Assembly (NCBI GenBank): GCA_963802945.1
Contig: CAWDKY010000029.1
Coordinates: forward strand, 160,001 to 224,000
From: an uncultured delta proteobacterium
Lineage (GTDB): Bacteria > Desulfobacterota > RBG-13-43-22
Reading direction: 5' to 3'
DNA length: 64,000 nt
Part shown: positions 20,244-29,539 of the stretch, one piece after another
How positions within the stretch are numbered: position 1 is the stretch's first letter
Layout of the letters: each line of letters starts with the position of its first letter
Notes under the pieces: model-generated
What the model was told of the DNA's origin: nothing
What the model saw: only the letters and a program-made list of their open reading frames with translations
The model's database searches: none
Program-made: the position numbers and the translations under genes

Positions 20244-22115
20244 TCACGATTCAATAACGATGGCGTCGCCGGCAATAGCGTCAAAACGGCAGATTTCATA
20301 GCAGGATCGACATTTGATGCATTTACTCTCGTCCAGATTGTGCGGCTCCGAACGTGGACCGACGATAGCCCCGGTCGGACAGACTTGGACGCAACGCTGG
20401 CAACCCGTACATTTTTCTTTAATGATTCGATAAACAACCAGATCCCGGCAAACGGCGGCCGGACAGCGTTTGTTCATGATGTGGGCCAGAAACTCTTCCC
20501 GGAAATATTTCAGTGCACTTAAAACAGGATTCGGGGCCGTCTGACCCAGCCCACAGAGAGAGGCCCCTTTGATGGCGCCGGACAAGCGCTCCAGTTTGGC
20601 CAGATCTCCGATCTCTCCCTTGCCCTGACATATTTTGGTCAGGATATGGACTAAGTGTCGGGTCCCGATACGGCAGGGAACACATTTCCCGCAGGATTCG
20701 GCCTGGGTGAAGCTGAGGAAATATTTGGCCGTATCGACGATGCAGGTGTCTTTATCGATGACGATCAGACCGCCCGATCCCATAATGGAACCGGCCGCAG
20801 CCAGATTCTCGTAGTCAATAGGCGTATCCAGAAATTCTTTTCCCAGACACCCCCCGGAAGGGCCGCCGGTTTGGACCGCTTTGAACTCCTTGACCAATCC
20901 ACCGCCGATATCGTAAATCACTTGGCGCAAGGTACTGCCCAGCGGAACTTCGATCAGACCGGTGCGCCTGACCTTACCGACCAGACTGAAGGTTTTGGTC
21001 CCTTTGGATGTTTCCGTCCCATACTTCGAATACCATTCGGCGCCGTTGCGGATAATGTTCGCCAGGGTCCCTAAGGTTTCAACGTTGTTGATAACCGTGG
21101 GTTGCCCCCATAGCCCCGATACGGGCGGGAAGGGCGGACGGGTGCGCGGCATCCCTCTTTTCCCTTCAATACTGGCCATCAAGGCTGTCTCTTCTCCACA
21201 AACAAAAGCGCCCGCGCCCTCCTTGATCTTGATATCAAAGCTGAACTCGCTTCCCAGTATGTTATCGCCGAGAAGGCCCATTTCACGCAGGACGGCGATA
21301 GCCCCCTTCAGCCGCTCGATGGCCAGCGGATATTCCGACCGGATATAGATGTAACCCTGGCTGGCGCCGATTCCATAGGCGGCGATCAACATACCTTCCA
21401 GCAAGGCATGGGGATCCCCTTCTATTAGGGATCGATTCATAAAGGCCCCGGGATCACCTTCGTCGGCATTGCAGATCAGATAACACTGTAGGCTTTCGGT
21501 TTCCCGGCAGAATAGCCACTTGCGCCAGGTGGGAAATCCGGCACCACCGCGTCCACGCAGGCCGGAATTTTTAACGATCTCCAGGACCTCCTGCCAAGAC
21601 AAGGACAGGCATTTTTCAATCGCTTTGTATCCGTCACGGGCCAGATAGTGATCGATATCTTCGGGATCGATGATACCGCAATTTCTCAAGACGATGCGCA
21701 CCTGGTGAACCAGCATCGGATGCTCAAAAAATTTGGGTAGACCATCGATGGGTTCTTGGCCGAAGTGGCCTATCAGGCGGGGTTTATACACTTCGCCTTT
21801 TTCGAAAAATGATTCCAGAATGCGGCCGACGCTATCGGGATTAACATTCGAATAACTGATGCGCGGTTTCCCGGGCATCTGGATATCGACCAGCGGTTCC
21901 AGATAGCAGGGCCCGATGCAGCCGACTTTAATGAGGTCCGCCGTCAGCTTCTTAGCGCTTAGATAGGATTCCAAGGCTCCGATGACTTCGGTGGCTCCGG
22001 CCGCAAGTCCGCATGAGCCGGCTCCGACAAAGATGACCGGGCGTTGGTTGTTTTGAAGTTCAGCCCATTTCTTTTCGGCTTTTCTGCGACGTTGCTCAAG
22101 TTTTTTTATGTTCAT
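20244..22115 (-). CDS. NuoF/HydB(BfuB)-like NADH/FMN-binding subunit
   Basis: N-terminal thioredoxin-like FeS domain, GLRGRGGAGFP, NADEGDPGAFM, ESCGKCVPCR, C-terminal 2x[4Fe-4S]. Confidence 0.92.
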   Translation of the reverse strand: MNIKKLEQRRRKAEKKWAELQNNQRPVIFVGAGSCGLAAGATEVIGALESYLSAKKLTADLIKVGCIGPCYLEPLVDIQMPGKPRISYSNVNPDSVGRILESFFEKGEVYKPRLIGHFGQEPIDGLPKFFEHPMLVHQVRIVLRNCGIIDPEDIDHYLARDGYKAIEKCLSLSWQEVLEIVKNSGLRGRGGAGFPTWRKWLFCRETESLQCYLICNADEGDPGAFMNRSLIEGDPHALLEGMLIAAYGIGASQGYIYIRSEYPLAIERLKGAIAVLREMGLLGDNILGSEFSFDIKIKEGAGAFVCGEETALMASIEGKRGMPRTRPPFPPVSGLWGQPTVINNVETLGTLANIIRNGAEWYSKYGTETSKGTKTFSLVGKVRRTGLIEVPLGSTLRQVIYDIGGGLVKEFKAVQTGGPSGGCLGKEFLDTPIDYENLAAAGSIMGSGGLIVIDKDTCIVDTAKYFLSFTQAESCGKCVPCRIGTRHLVHILTKICQGKGEIGDLAKLERLSGAIKGASLCGLGQTAPNPVLSALKYFREEFLAHIMNKRCPAAVCRDLVVYRIIKEKCTGCQRCVQVCPTGAIVGPRSEPHNLDESKCIKCRSCYEICRFDAIAGDAIVIES

Positions 22116-22554
22116 TTAAAATCCCCTGAAGCTTCAAGACCGACATCTGGGCGTAGGTTTTTTCATTCAGTGTGACTACCGGGGCCAGCGCGCAACAACC
22201 CAAGCAGACTACCCGTTCAAGGTCATACTCGCCGTCGGCCGTAGTCTCCCCCGGGTTTACCTCGAACCGCCGTTTGATGACCTCAAGCATCTGTTCTCCG
22301 CCTTTGACATGACAGGCTGTTCCCAGACATACTTTAATATGATTTTTACCTCTTGGTGTGAAGCGAAATTGGGCATAAAAAGTGGCCACGCCATATATTT
22401 CGTTTTCCGAAATCTTGAGCCATCTCGATATGCGCTCGATCGCCTCCCGGGGAAGATATCCGTAAATGGACTGTATCTTATGAAGGACAGGAACGATATC
22501 AGCACGCTCTCCTTTGAATTCCTGCTTAAGGTCGGCTAATGGGTCTTTGGGCAT
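22096..22554 (-). CDS. NuoE/HydC-like [2Fe-2S] subunit
   Basis: 'YGVATFYAQF', 'VCLGTACHVKG', 'VCLGCCALAP'. Confidence 0.92.
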   Translation of the reverse strand: MPKDPLADLKQEFKGERADIVPVLHKIQSIYGYLPREAIERISRWLKISENEIYGVATFYAQFRFTPRGKNHIKVCLGTACHVKGGEQMLEVIKRRFEVNPGETTADGEYDLERVVCLGCCALAPVVTLNEKTYAQMSVLKLQGILNEHKKT

Positions 22555-22645
22555 AAACACAACCCTCCTCAGGACGCTATTCGCCCCAGTCAAATATGGA
22601 ATTCATCGTTGTCTAAAGAAAAGGATCGATAATCCAGCCTAGGCT

Positions 22646-22975
22646 CTATTTTATCCCGAGTTTTGTGAGCTTTGAGGCGAGGGTCCAGGCATCAACCGAA
22701 GTAGTAAAAAGTCCGATTCCGACCTTATTGGCCAGTTCGATTAAGTCAGGAGCGGGCTTTTTACCTTTGACAAAAACAACCGCCGCAACATCGACCAAGT
22801 TGGCGGCCGCAATAAGGCTCTTGTTGGTCTGAAGGGTTATCAAAAGCAAATTGGCTTTGGTCAAAGTGATTAAATCGGAGACCATATCCGAAATATAGAC
22901 TCCTTCGATTTCTTTGTCTTTATAGACATTGACTGCTTTAAGACCGCATTTTTTACTGACCTCCGATAGCTTCAT
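22646..22975 (-). CDS. DRTGG-like small protein
   Basis: 'EGVYISDMVSD...LITLQTN..LIAAA.L' pattern typical of DRTGG proteins in hydrogenase-linked operons. Confidence 0.75.
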   Translation of the reverse strand: MKLSEVSKKCGLKAVNVYKDKEIEGVYISDMVSDLITLTKANLLLITLQTNKSLIAAANLVDVAAVVFVKGKKPAPDLIELANKVGIGLFTTSVDAWTLASKLTKLGIK

Positions 22976-23009
22976 GTTTCCCCCTTTTTCTTTTACTGGT
23001 GACTCTGTA

Positions 23010-23552
23010 TTAATACATATCAGTAAGTCCCTTATCGGCTATCATTATTCCTTCACATCTATCGATTTTGCAGCATTGATTACATGGGACGATCACGATC
23101 TTCTTGCCCAAAGTTTTTATGTTTTGGTTGAAGTATTCATTGAGGGCCTTGATCCCTTTGCCGCTTACACATTTGCCTTTGGGGTGACTGCTGTCGGCGC
23201 AGAGGGCCACATAGACCATTGTCCCTGGCCCTTCGTTTATCCTAATCTGGGCGACCGTACATTCAGGGTCTTTGCAGGTCGATATCATCAGTCCCATCAT
23301 ATCGTTAAGATTGATGAGCCTTTGACATTTTGTGCATTTAAGATTGAATTTAATCGATTGTGAGCTTCCTAAATAAATCCAGAAGTGGTCTCCTTCCCGA
23401 TATTCGTCGACCGGTGCGACGGGTTCCTCGGAAAAGAATGAAATCCGACCTCCGCATTTTGGACAGCCTTCAACCACGAAGTATCCATAGCGGATATCGG
23501 CCATTTCCCATTTATGTTTACAACTACCCATTGATCCTCCAATGCTTCTCAT
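23010..23552 (-). CDS. Cys-rich hypothetical protein
   Basis: Long ORF heading the operon with CPKC, CTKC, CKDPEC, CNQCC motifs. Confidence 0.65.
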   Translation of the reverse strand: MRSIGGSMGSCKHKWEMADIRYGYFVVEGCPKCGGRISFFSEEPVAPVDEYREGDHFWIYLGSSQSIKFNLKCTKCQRLINLNDMMGLMISTCKDPECTVAQIRINEGPGTMVYVALCADSSHPKGKCVSGKGIKALNEYFNQNIKTLGKKIVIVPCNQCCKIDRCEGIMIADKGLTDMY

Positions 23553-23949
23553 TATATTAAGGGGCTAATAATATCGACAAAATTTTTTACCAGGGAACTG
23601 AAGGTCTTCTTTTCGATCAATCCAAAAATCTCGCTGAATGAAACAAAAAACCCCACCTCTCTATCGGGAAATGGGGTCTATTATTCTTCCATCGACACTC
23701 CTTTTTACAAAAGTTGCCAAAAAGAAAAAAAGATTATATTCAAGTTGTTAATATTTAATCTAAATATTTTTTAAAGTCAACTAATTTTATGGATTTTTAT
23801 TAATTACCATTGAACTCTTGCGTTTTTAAAAAATGGAAGTTTGAAAATTTTAGGAAGAAATGTTTTTACCTTAAACCACAAATGAATCTAACAGCAAATT
23901 CCATTTTGATCCTTCACTGTTTATATCCTGATTTTCTTCAAGTGTAACT

Positions 23950-24084
23950 AAAGTGTAACCGTCCTAACCGAAAATAACCCAAAATAACTCACGCTATTCC
24001 AAGATGGTCTCAGTAACTGATTGATATTTAACGAACTGAATTTAGACGGGAAATCGCCTTAGACAGGTCTTGGCTATAAATCCC
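23950..24084. repeat. att-like direct repeat copy 2
   Basis: See 12535-12669; tandem AAGTGTAAC arm-like repeats at ~23940-23959. Confidence 0.85.
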
Positions 24085-24807
24085 CTTCTCCTGGTAAACG
24101 GTAAGGGTTGGAAGGATCTTGAGGTCTTCCCGTCCCTGATAAACGGCTTCCATCAACACCCATTCCGCCTCTTTATCCTGAAAAGAATGAACCATTCGGA
24201 TTTTCTTGGGTTCCAGACGGTTTTGTCTGGCAAGGGCCAGAAGAGAAACCAATCTCCAGGCCGGATAAATAACGAACCATTTCCCACCATCCTTTAAGGT
24301 GTGGGCTACGGCTTTGAGCAGTTGAGGTAAGGTGACCCGAATCTCATGGCGGGCCATGGCCTTCTGTGGATTAGGATTGATTCGGCCTCGGTGCAAAGGG
24401 CGATAAGGTGGATTGGAAACGACGGCATCAAATCTCCCTTTTTTGAAAAATCCGGGGAGTTGACAGAGATCTCCCTGAACAATGAAAATACGTTCCTGAA
24501 ATTGATTGAGGACGATATTACGGCGGGCCAGATCAATGGATTCAGTCGCCAATTCCAAGGCCATGATTCGAGCAGTGGGATAAACCTTAGCCAAGAGAAG
24601 GGCCAGGATCCCGCTGCCTGTTCCCAGGTCCAATATGAGAGATGGATCTTTCAGCCGGATAAATTCAGACAGGATTAAAGAGTCAATGGAAAAACGGTAA
24701 CCGGTTTTCTTTTGGATAATCCGCACAGCCCCCTTCCCCCAGGAATCGAGGGTTTCATCGGCTTTTATCGATACGGATTTCTCAGAGGATAGCGGATTCA
24801 TTCCCAT
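24028..24807 (-). CDS. tRNA1(Val) (adenine37-N6)-methyltransferase (YfiC/TrmN6-like)
   Basis: 'QKKTGYRFSIDS', 'LDLGTGSG', 'SNPPY', 'AMARHE'. Confidence 0.88.
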   Translation of the reverse strand: MGMNPLSSEKSVSIKADETLDSWGKGAVRIIQKKTGYRFSIDSLILSEFIRLKDPSLILDLGTGSGILALLLAKVYPTARIMALELATESIDLARRNIVLNQFQERIFIVQGDLCQLPGFFKKGRFDAVVSNPPYRPLHRGRINPNPQKAMARHEIRVTLPQLLKAVAHTLKDGGKWFVIYPAWRLVSLLALARQNRLEPKKIRMVHSFQDKEAEWVLMEAVYQGREDLKILPTLTVYQEKGIYSQDLSKAISRLNSVR

Positions 24808-26134
24808 TCAAGGGGTTCATCACCAGGCCAGTCAAGGTTTTAGGATAAAAATAAGTGGATTTTCTGGGCATGACCAGAGAAGCCTCAGCAATCTGCCGAA
24901 CCTGTTCGATCGGGGTCGGGTTTAAGATAAACCCCATTTGACCCTGTCCCTTTTCCACTAATTTTATGGCCTCAAGACTGTCATGCAGATATTTGATCAT
25001 ATTTTCCTGATCTAATTCTTCTCGCTGGATTCCCAGGATTTTTTGAAAAACCAGACGGCTTAAAATCATGACATCCAGTCCGCGTAATAAAGGATGCAAA
25101 CCTTCTCCCCAGTCGCCATCCAAACTATCTTTCTTAAGAGTCAGCAGATAAAACCAGGAAGTCTGGGCCATAAAAAGACCAAAGGCATGGGACTGGTCGG
25201 CTTTTTGGTTGAGTCGGGACAGGAATTCCACGGTAATCCGTTTTTTATCTTCATGACGGAAGGGGAATTTTTCAATAATAAAATACGATCCCAGTTTTTT
25301 TTCCAACAACAAAGGATCCAATTCAGGAACGCGGTTCAAAACCCGGTGAACCGGGAAAATGGTTAACCCGGGATCCTCCATGGGGCAGAGAAACATCAAG
25401 GTATAATTAAAGGGCGCGGTCATCGGAAGCTTCGGATGCTTTTTAAGCATATCCGACTGATAGGCCAAACTGGTTTCATAACGATGATGTCCGTCGGCGA
25501 TATAAACGGTTTTGTCCAAAAAGCTTTTCTGAATTTTATTTAAGGCCGAAGGGTCGGTCACTCTCCAAAGTTGATGACGAATGGATTCCTGATCCTCAAA
25601 GTCCATAAAGGGTTCTTTCGGAGCTTGATCGGAAAGAAGGGAGATGATTTCCCCTTCTCGGTCAAGATAAAAAGAAAAAATCGGACAAAACTGCATTTGA
25701 CAATGTTGGAAAAGCTGATAGCGGTCATGCTTAAAATAGGAAAAAGTCTTTTCATGTGGCCGGACTTGGCCGGAATCAAAGGATTCCAGACCAAGCAGGG
25801 AAATAAAACCAGTGCGGATACGAACATCTTGCCCGGGAATTTGATAGTGAATTTTATAAAGATAGATTGCAGGTTCCCGATCCCGGATAAGGATCTGTTC
25901 CCTTTCCCATATCTTTAAAATCCGGGCGGCCCGGGTGTATCGATTGTCTTCAGAGGTATCGCTGGGGAAATTTTTGCCGAAATCCAGGCGGATGATGTTA
26001 TAGGGATGCAACTGATAAAAATGTTCCTGTTCCGCAGAATTGATCACATCATACGGCGGGGTCACCACCTGGGAAAGGTGGTCGATGATTTGCGTATTAT
26101 AAATTATCCCCCGAAAGGGGGCGATGCGTGCCAC
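24782..26134 (-). CDS. DUF1015 family protein
   Basis: 'PPYDVI', 'PHEKT', 'YIADGHHRYE', 'MPRKSTYFYPK'. Confidence 0.9.
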   Translation of the reverse strand: MARIAPFRGIIYNTQIIDHLSQVVTPPYDVINSAEQEHFYQLHPYNIIRLDFGKNFPSDTSEDNRYTRAARILKIWEREQILIRDREPAIYLYKIHYQIPGQDVRIRTGFISLLGLESFDSGQVRPHEKTFSYFKHDRYQLFQHCQMQFCPIFSFYLDREGEIISLLSDQAPKEPFMDFEDQESIRHQLWRVTDPSALNKIQKSFLDKTVYIADGHHRYETSLAYQSDMLKKHPKLPMTAPFNYTLMFLCPMEDPGLTIFPVHRVLNRVPELDPLLLEKKLGSYFIIEKFPFRHEDKKRITVEFLSRLNQKADQSHAFGLFMAQTSWFYLLTLKKDSLDGDWGEGLHPLLRGLDVMILSRLVFQKILGIQREELDQENMIKYLHDSLEAIKLVEKGQGQMGFILNPTPIEQVRQIAEASLVMPRKSTYFYPKTLTGLVMNPLNGNESAIL

Positions 26135-26256
26135 CGGACTATCTATTCCTTTCTATCGAAAAAATTATCAATTTTAATAACACGTTCTTGTTAGCCGGTA
26201 AAGTAAATTTAATACGAGAATAGCCCCAAATTAACCTTTTGAGTGGTTTGTTCCCC

Positions 26257-26356
26257 GTCATGCCGGACCCCGTATCAAGTACGGGGCAGGCCCGATCCGG
26301 CATCCAGGGTATTTGATGCATTATTTTACCTGGATTCCGGCTTTCGCCGGAATGAC
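26257..26356. repeat. Palindromic REP-like element with inner CCCCGTATCAAGTACGGGG hairpin
   Basis: GTCATGCCGG...CCGGCATCCAGG...CCTGGATTCCGGCTTTCGCCGGAATGAC. Confidence 0.8.
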
Positions 26357-26651
26357 ACCTATCCCACGGGAAGGCAATATTTTCATATTTCGTGGCGGCC
26401 CATAGGGGCCTGAGGGTTTAGTACGAAAATAGGATTCGAGGATTCCAGGATTCGAGTCCCGCCTGCTAATGGGATTGACCTCTGGACCCCTTGAATCCTC
26501 TGCTTAATTTTAATGTTTCCAGGATCCCGCCTTAAACAAGTTTGAGAGTTTAATATCAAAGAGAGGATGCAAAAAAGATATCATGGGGAAAATCTGAAGG
26601 TTGGAGGGCAGCGGGTATTACTCAGCACCCGGATGGGTCAACGAATCTGAT

Positions 26652-26698
26652 ATACTCAAAGATCCCTTTAATGGCCAAGAAAAGGGATCTTTGAGTAT
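26652..26698. terminator. 18-bp perfect hairpin downstream of the HU-adjacent gene
   Basis: ATACTCAAAGATCCCTTT / AAAGGGATCTTTGAGTAT. Confidence 0.55.
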
Positions 26699-26769
26699 TG
26701 AATAAATGCAAGTGATAAAAAGCTTCGGACTTTAGAGGTTTTCTGTTCGGCCAAGACGGACTATTTTTT

Positions 26770-27003
26770 CTAAGGAAGGGGCTTCACCTTTTTCCCTTTA
26801 AGATATAATTTCAATGCCTCATCGACTACCTCTTTAATCCCTTTTTTCTCCCAATAGGTAATAGACTTTATCTTCTTATGATTCATTTCCCGAATCATGA
26901 CCGTCGTCCTGATCCATTTTTCTTGTGCTTTTTGAGGTTGTTTGGCCTTGCTGGAAACGGCAACTTTTATTTTTTTTATGGCCGTTCTTTTGCGGATCAC
27001 CAT
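26770..27003 (-). CDS. Small basic hypothetical protein (possible ribbon-helix-helix)
   Basis: 'RTTVMIRE..HKKIK.I.YWE...IKEVVDEAL..YL' strand-helix-helix pattern. Confidence 0.55.
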   Translation of the reverse strand: MVIRKRTAIKKIKVAVSSKAKQPQKAQEKWIRTTVMIREMNHKKIKSITYWEKKGIKEVVDEALKLYLKGKKVKPLP

Positions 27004-27093
27004 GATCTTTGCTCTCTTTCAATAAGAATTGGGTCAATGATCGGGTATACTTCCTTGACTCTTTCTCTTCCTTTCCTGAAGGTAATGAAAAAC

Positions 27094-27396
27094 CTATTTT
27101 TTGGGAGGAACTACAGCATCTTTAAAAGCTTTGGCGATCCTCATTTTGGTAACGGTCTTGGCTGGAATCTTGATCGGCTCGCCAGTTTGAGGATTTCTGC
27201 CGGTTCGTGCTTTTCTCTTGGAAAGAACGATCTTGCCAATGCCCGGAATGATAAAAGCCCCGGATTTCTTGGTCTCGGCAACCGCCAACCGGGCCAATTC
27301 ATCCAGGATCTCCTTTGAAGAATTTTTAGTGATCATGAACTTTTCCGCCAGAAAAGAAACTAATTGGTTTTTGGTAAGGGGTTTTTTGGTAGCCAT
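27094..27396 (-). CDS. HU family DNA-binding protein
   Basis: 'IPGIGK...RKARTGRNPQTGEPIKIPAK'. Confidence 0.93.
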   Translation of the reverse strand: MATKKPLTKNQLVSFLAEKFMITKNSSKEILDELARLAVAETKKSGAFIIPGIGKIVLSKRKARTGRNPQTGEPIKIPAKTVTKMRIAKAFKDAVVPPKK

Positions 27397-27565
27397 AACC
27401 TTTCTCCTCCTTTTAAAGTTAGTTTTTGTTACGTTTTATAAAGGAAAAATTAGTATGGGTCAAGAGAAAAAGACAATATGAGCCAAAAAAATGCAATTAA
27501 TTTCATTTTTTTTTTACCTGTACTCTTATCTTGAGACGTTTAGACCCCAAATTTGAGCTTATGAT

Positions 27566-28400
27566 TCAAATCAATTTTAAATTCTTCTGACAGGAAGGAC
27601 AATAATGGGTGCCGCGACCGGCCACCCTTATTTTTTGAATCGGAGACCGGCAGGAAGGGCAGGGCAGTCCGGTTCGGCCGTACACTTGATGATAATTTTG
27701 AAATCCTCCGGTCATTCCATCCGGTCTCCGATAATTTCTTAGAGTGGATCCTTGCTTTGAAATGGCCTGGGATAAGATTTTTTTAATAATCCGATGGAGG
27801 TTTTTAATCTGGGCTAAAGATAAGGACCCCGATTTGCTCAGGGGATGGATTTTGGCCTTAAATAAGGACTCGTCCACATAAATATTACCCAATCCACTGA
27901 TCAAAGACTGATCCAGGAGAAGGGATTTGATGGATTTTTTCCTCGAAAGGACGATCCGGGCAAATTGATTGGAGGATATTTCAAAGGGGTCAGGACCCAG
28001 GCGGCTGAGATAGAGGAGACAAGCTCTGGAATCGGCTTGAAATACATTAAAAAAGCCGAATTTTCTTATGTCCCGATAGCGCATTTGAAAATCCACATGA
28101 ATCAAAATGAAAAATAACCTGGGTGTGCCGGTCGACAGGGGTTGAATGGGGTTCAATCAATACCTGTCCGGTCATTTTGAGGTGGAGGATCATGGTCCAA
28201 CCGGGCTCAAGATCGATGAGGATCAACTTGCCTTTACGCCTTATTTCTCGTATGATGGCTCCGGTTAATGTTTGAACAAAAGCTTTTTTGGAACATCGAA
28301 GAATTTTGGGATTGAGAACCTGAACCGATCGAATTTTTTGGCCGATCAGGCTCAGACGAAGACGTCGAACAATGGTTTCAACTTCCGGCAGTTCGGGCAT
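27566..28400 (-). CDS. mutM: Formamidopyrimidine-DNA glycosylase (frameshifted near 28100)
   Basis: N-terminal PELPEVE, RKGK, HLKMTG; then D.RKFG, GLGNIYVDE, and CPSC...CPSCQ zinc finger in the second frame. Confidence 0.93.
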
Positions 28401-28409
28401 AGTTTTGAT

Positions 28410-29298
28410 TCAGCCTTCAGAATTCGGGGGTCGGAGAGGGTCTTGTTGAGGTCGATAACGGGTGATAAACCATTTCAGTTGGCGGCAGACACCGCGGATC
28501 ATGCGGACTTCATTGGAATAGAGGCCTATCCGGGAAAAAAAGCGGCGCAGGCTCATCATCCAGAGTTCAGGATTTTGTTTGTCCAAAAAGTCCATCATCT
28601 GAAGGGCTTCCGATAGGTGCCGGTACATCCCTTCCAGCTCAAAGGAAGAGGCCAAGGTATTTCGGATTTCGGATTTCGGATTTCGGATTGCGGAATTTGA
28701 GGAATCGAAAGACGAGGGTTCAAAGGTTTGGGGTGACAGGAAGGTTGGATTTTTCATCATTCCGCAATCCGCCAATCCGACAATCCGAAATGGTTCATGC
28801 TGGTGGGCTAAAAAAATTTCATAACTCATGAATCAAAACAGCCTGAGCCAGATTAAGGGAACCGGCTGAAGCTGTGGGGATGTGGACCGTACTATGGCAG
28901 AATCGCAGTTCTTCGTTACTGAGTCCCCGGTTTTCAGGGCCGAAGAGGACGGCAATACGATTCTGACGGCCCAGGGATCGAATTTTTTCGGCTGCCTGGG
29001 CTGGGTCGATAACCTCTTTCCGTTGGCCCCCCAAACGGGCCGTGGTTCCCACGATGTAGTTAAAAGGGGCCAGGGCCTCGGCCAGTGAGGCATAGGTTTC
29101 CATTTTTTCCAGGAGCCCTCGGGCCACATGCGTGGAAAGTTTGGTCATTCGCTCCCAGTCGGTATCCTCGGGGTTGACCAGAATGATATGGGACAAGCCC
29201 ATATTCCAGGCTGCACGGGCCGAGGCCCCGATATTTTCCGCAAACCGGGGTTGATGGAGGACCAGGGTGATGTGGTCGAATAGAGCGTTTTCAGGCAT
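28410..29298 (-). CDS. trmJ: TrmJ/LasT-family tRNA methyltransferase (frameshift near 28825; repeat insertion in linker)
   Basis: 'ENIGASARA', 'FGPENRGLSNEEL', 'SLNLAQAV', then 'YEIF...LEGMYRHL...LRRFFSR...EVRMIRGVCRQ'. Confidence 0.85.
28659..28791. repeat. Inverted heptamer tandem repeats inside trmJ
   Basis: (ATTTCGG)x4 ATTGCGGAAT ... ATTCCGCAATCCGCCAATCCGACAATCCGAAAT. Confidence 0.85.
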
Positions 29299-29317
29299 GG
29301 GAGTTTTTTTTCAAAAA

Positions 29318-29539
29318 GAATTCAGAATCCAGAAGTCAGTGTAGTGTCTCAATAACAGATTTACAATAGTCTTAAGCTGTCATTCCTGCGAAAGCAGGAA
29401 TCCAGGTTGAAAATACTGGATTCCGGATCAAGTCGGGAATGACAACGTTGTAAAGCGAATACTGTAACAGTACACTAACAGTCAGAATTCAGAATAAGAA
29501 AAAACAAAAAAATTTATGTTGATTCTGGATTCTGAATTC
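29318..29539. repeat. Inverted CAGAAT(T/C) heptamer arms with no ORF between them
   Basis: GAATTCAGAATCCAGAA (29318-29334) is the perfect reverse complement of 29523-29539. Confidence 0.8.
29342..29477. mobile_element. MITE-like element containing a palindromic repeat
   Basis: Ends TAGTGT...TTTACAA / TTGTAAA...ACACTA; inner TGTCATTCC...GGAATGACA palindrome (29378-29444); interrupts the heptamer tract. Confidence 0.65.

Larger units (their letters stand above)
12535..24084. mobile_element. Genomic island bounded by att-like direct repeats; no integrase inside
   Basis: Direct repeats overlap the 3' end of CDS 24028-24807; cargo is one co-oriented redox gene cluster. Confidence 0.65.

Noticed and set aside
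23744-23763. Rex operator upstream of the redox operon
   Set aside because: Only the left half (TTGTTAA) matches, in very AT-rich DNA.
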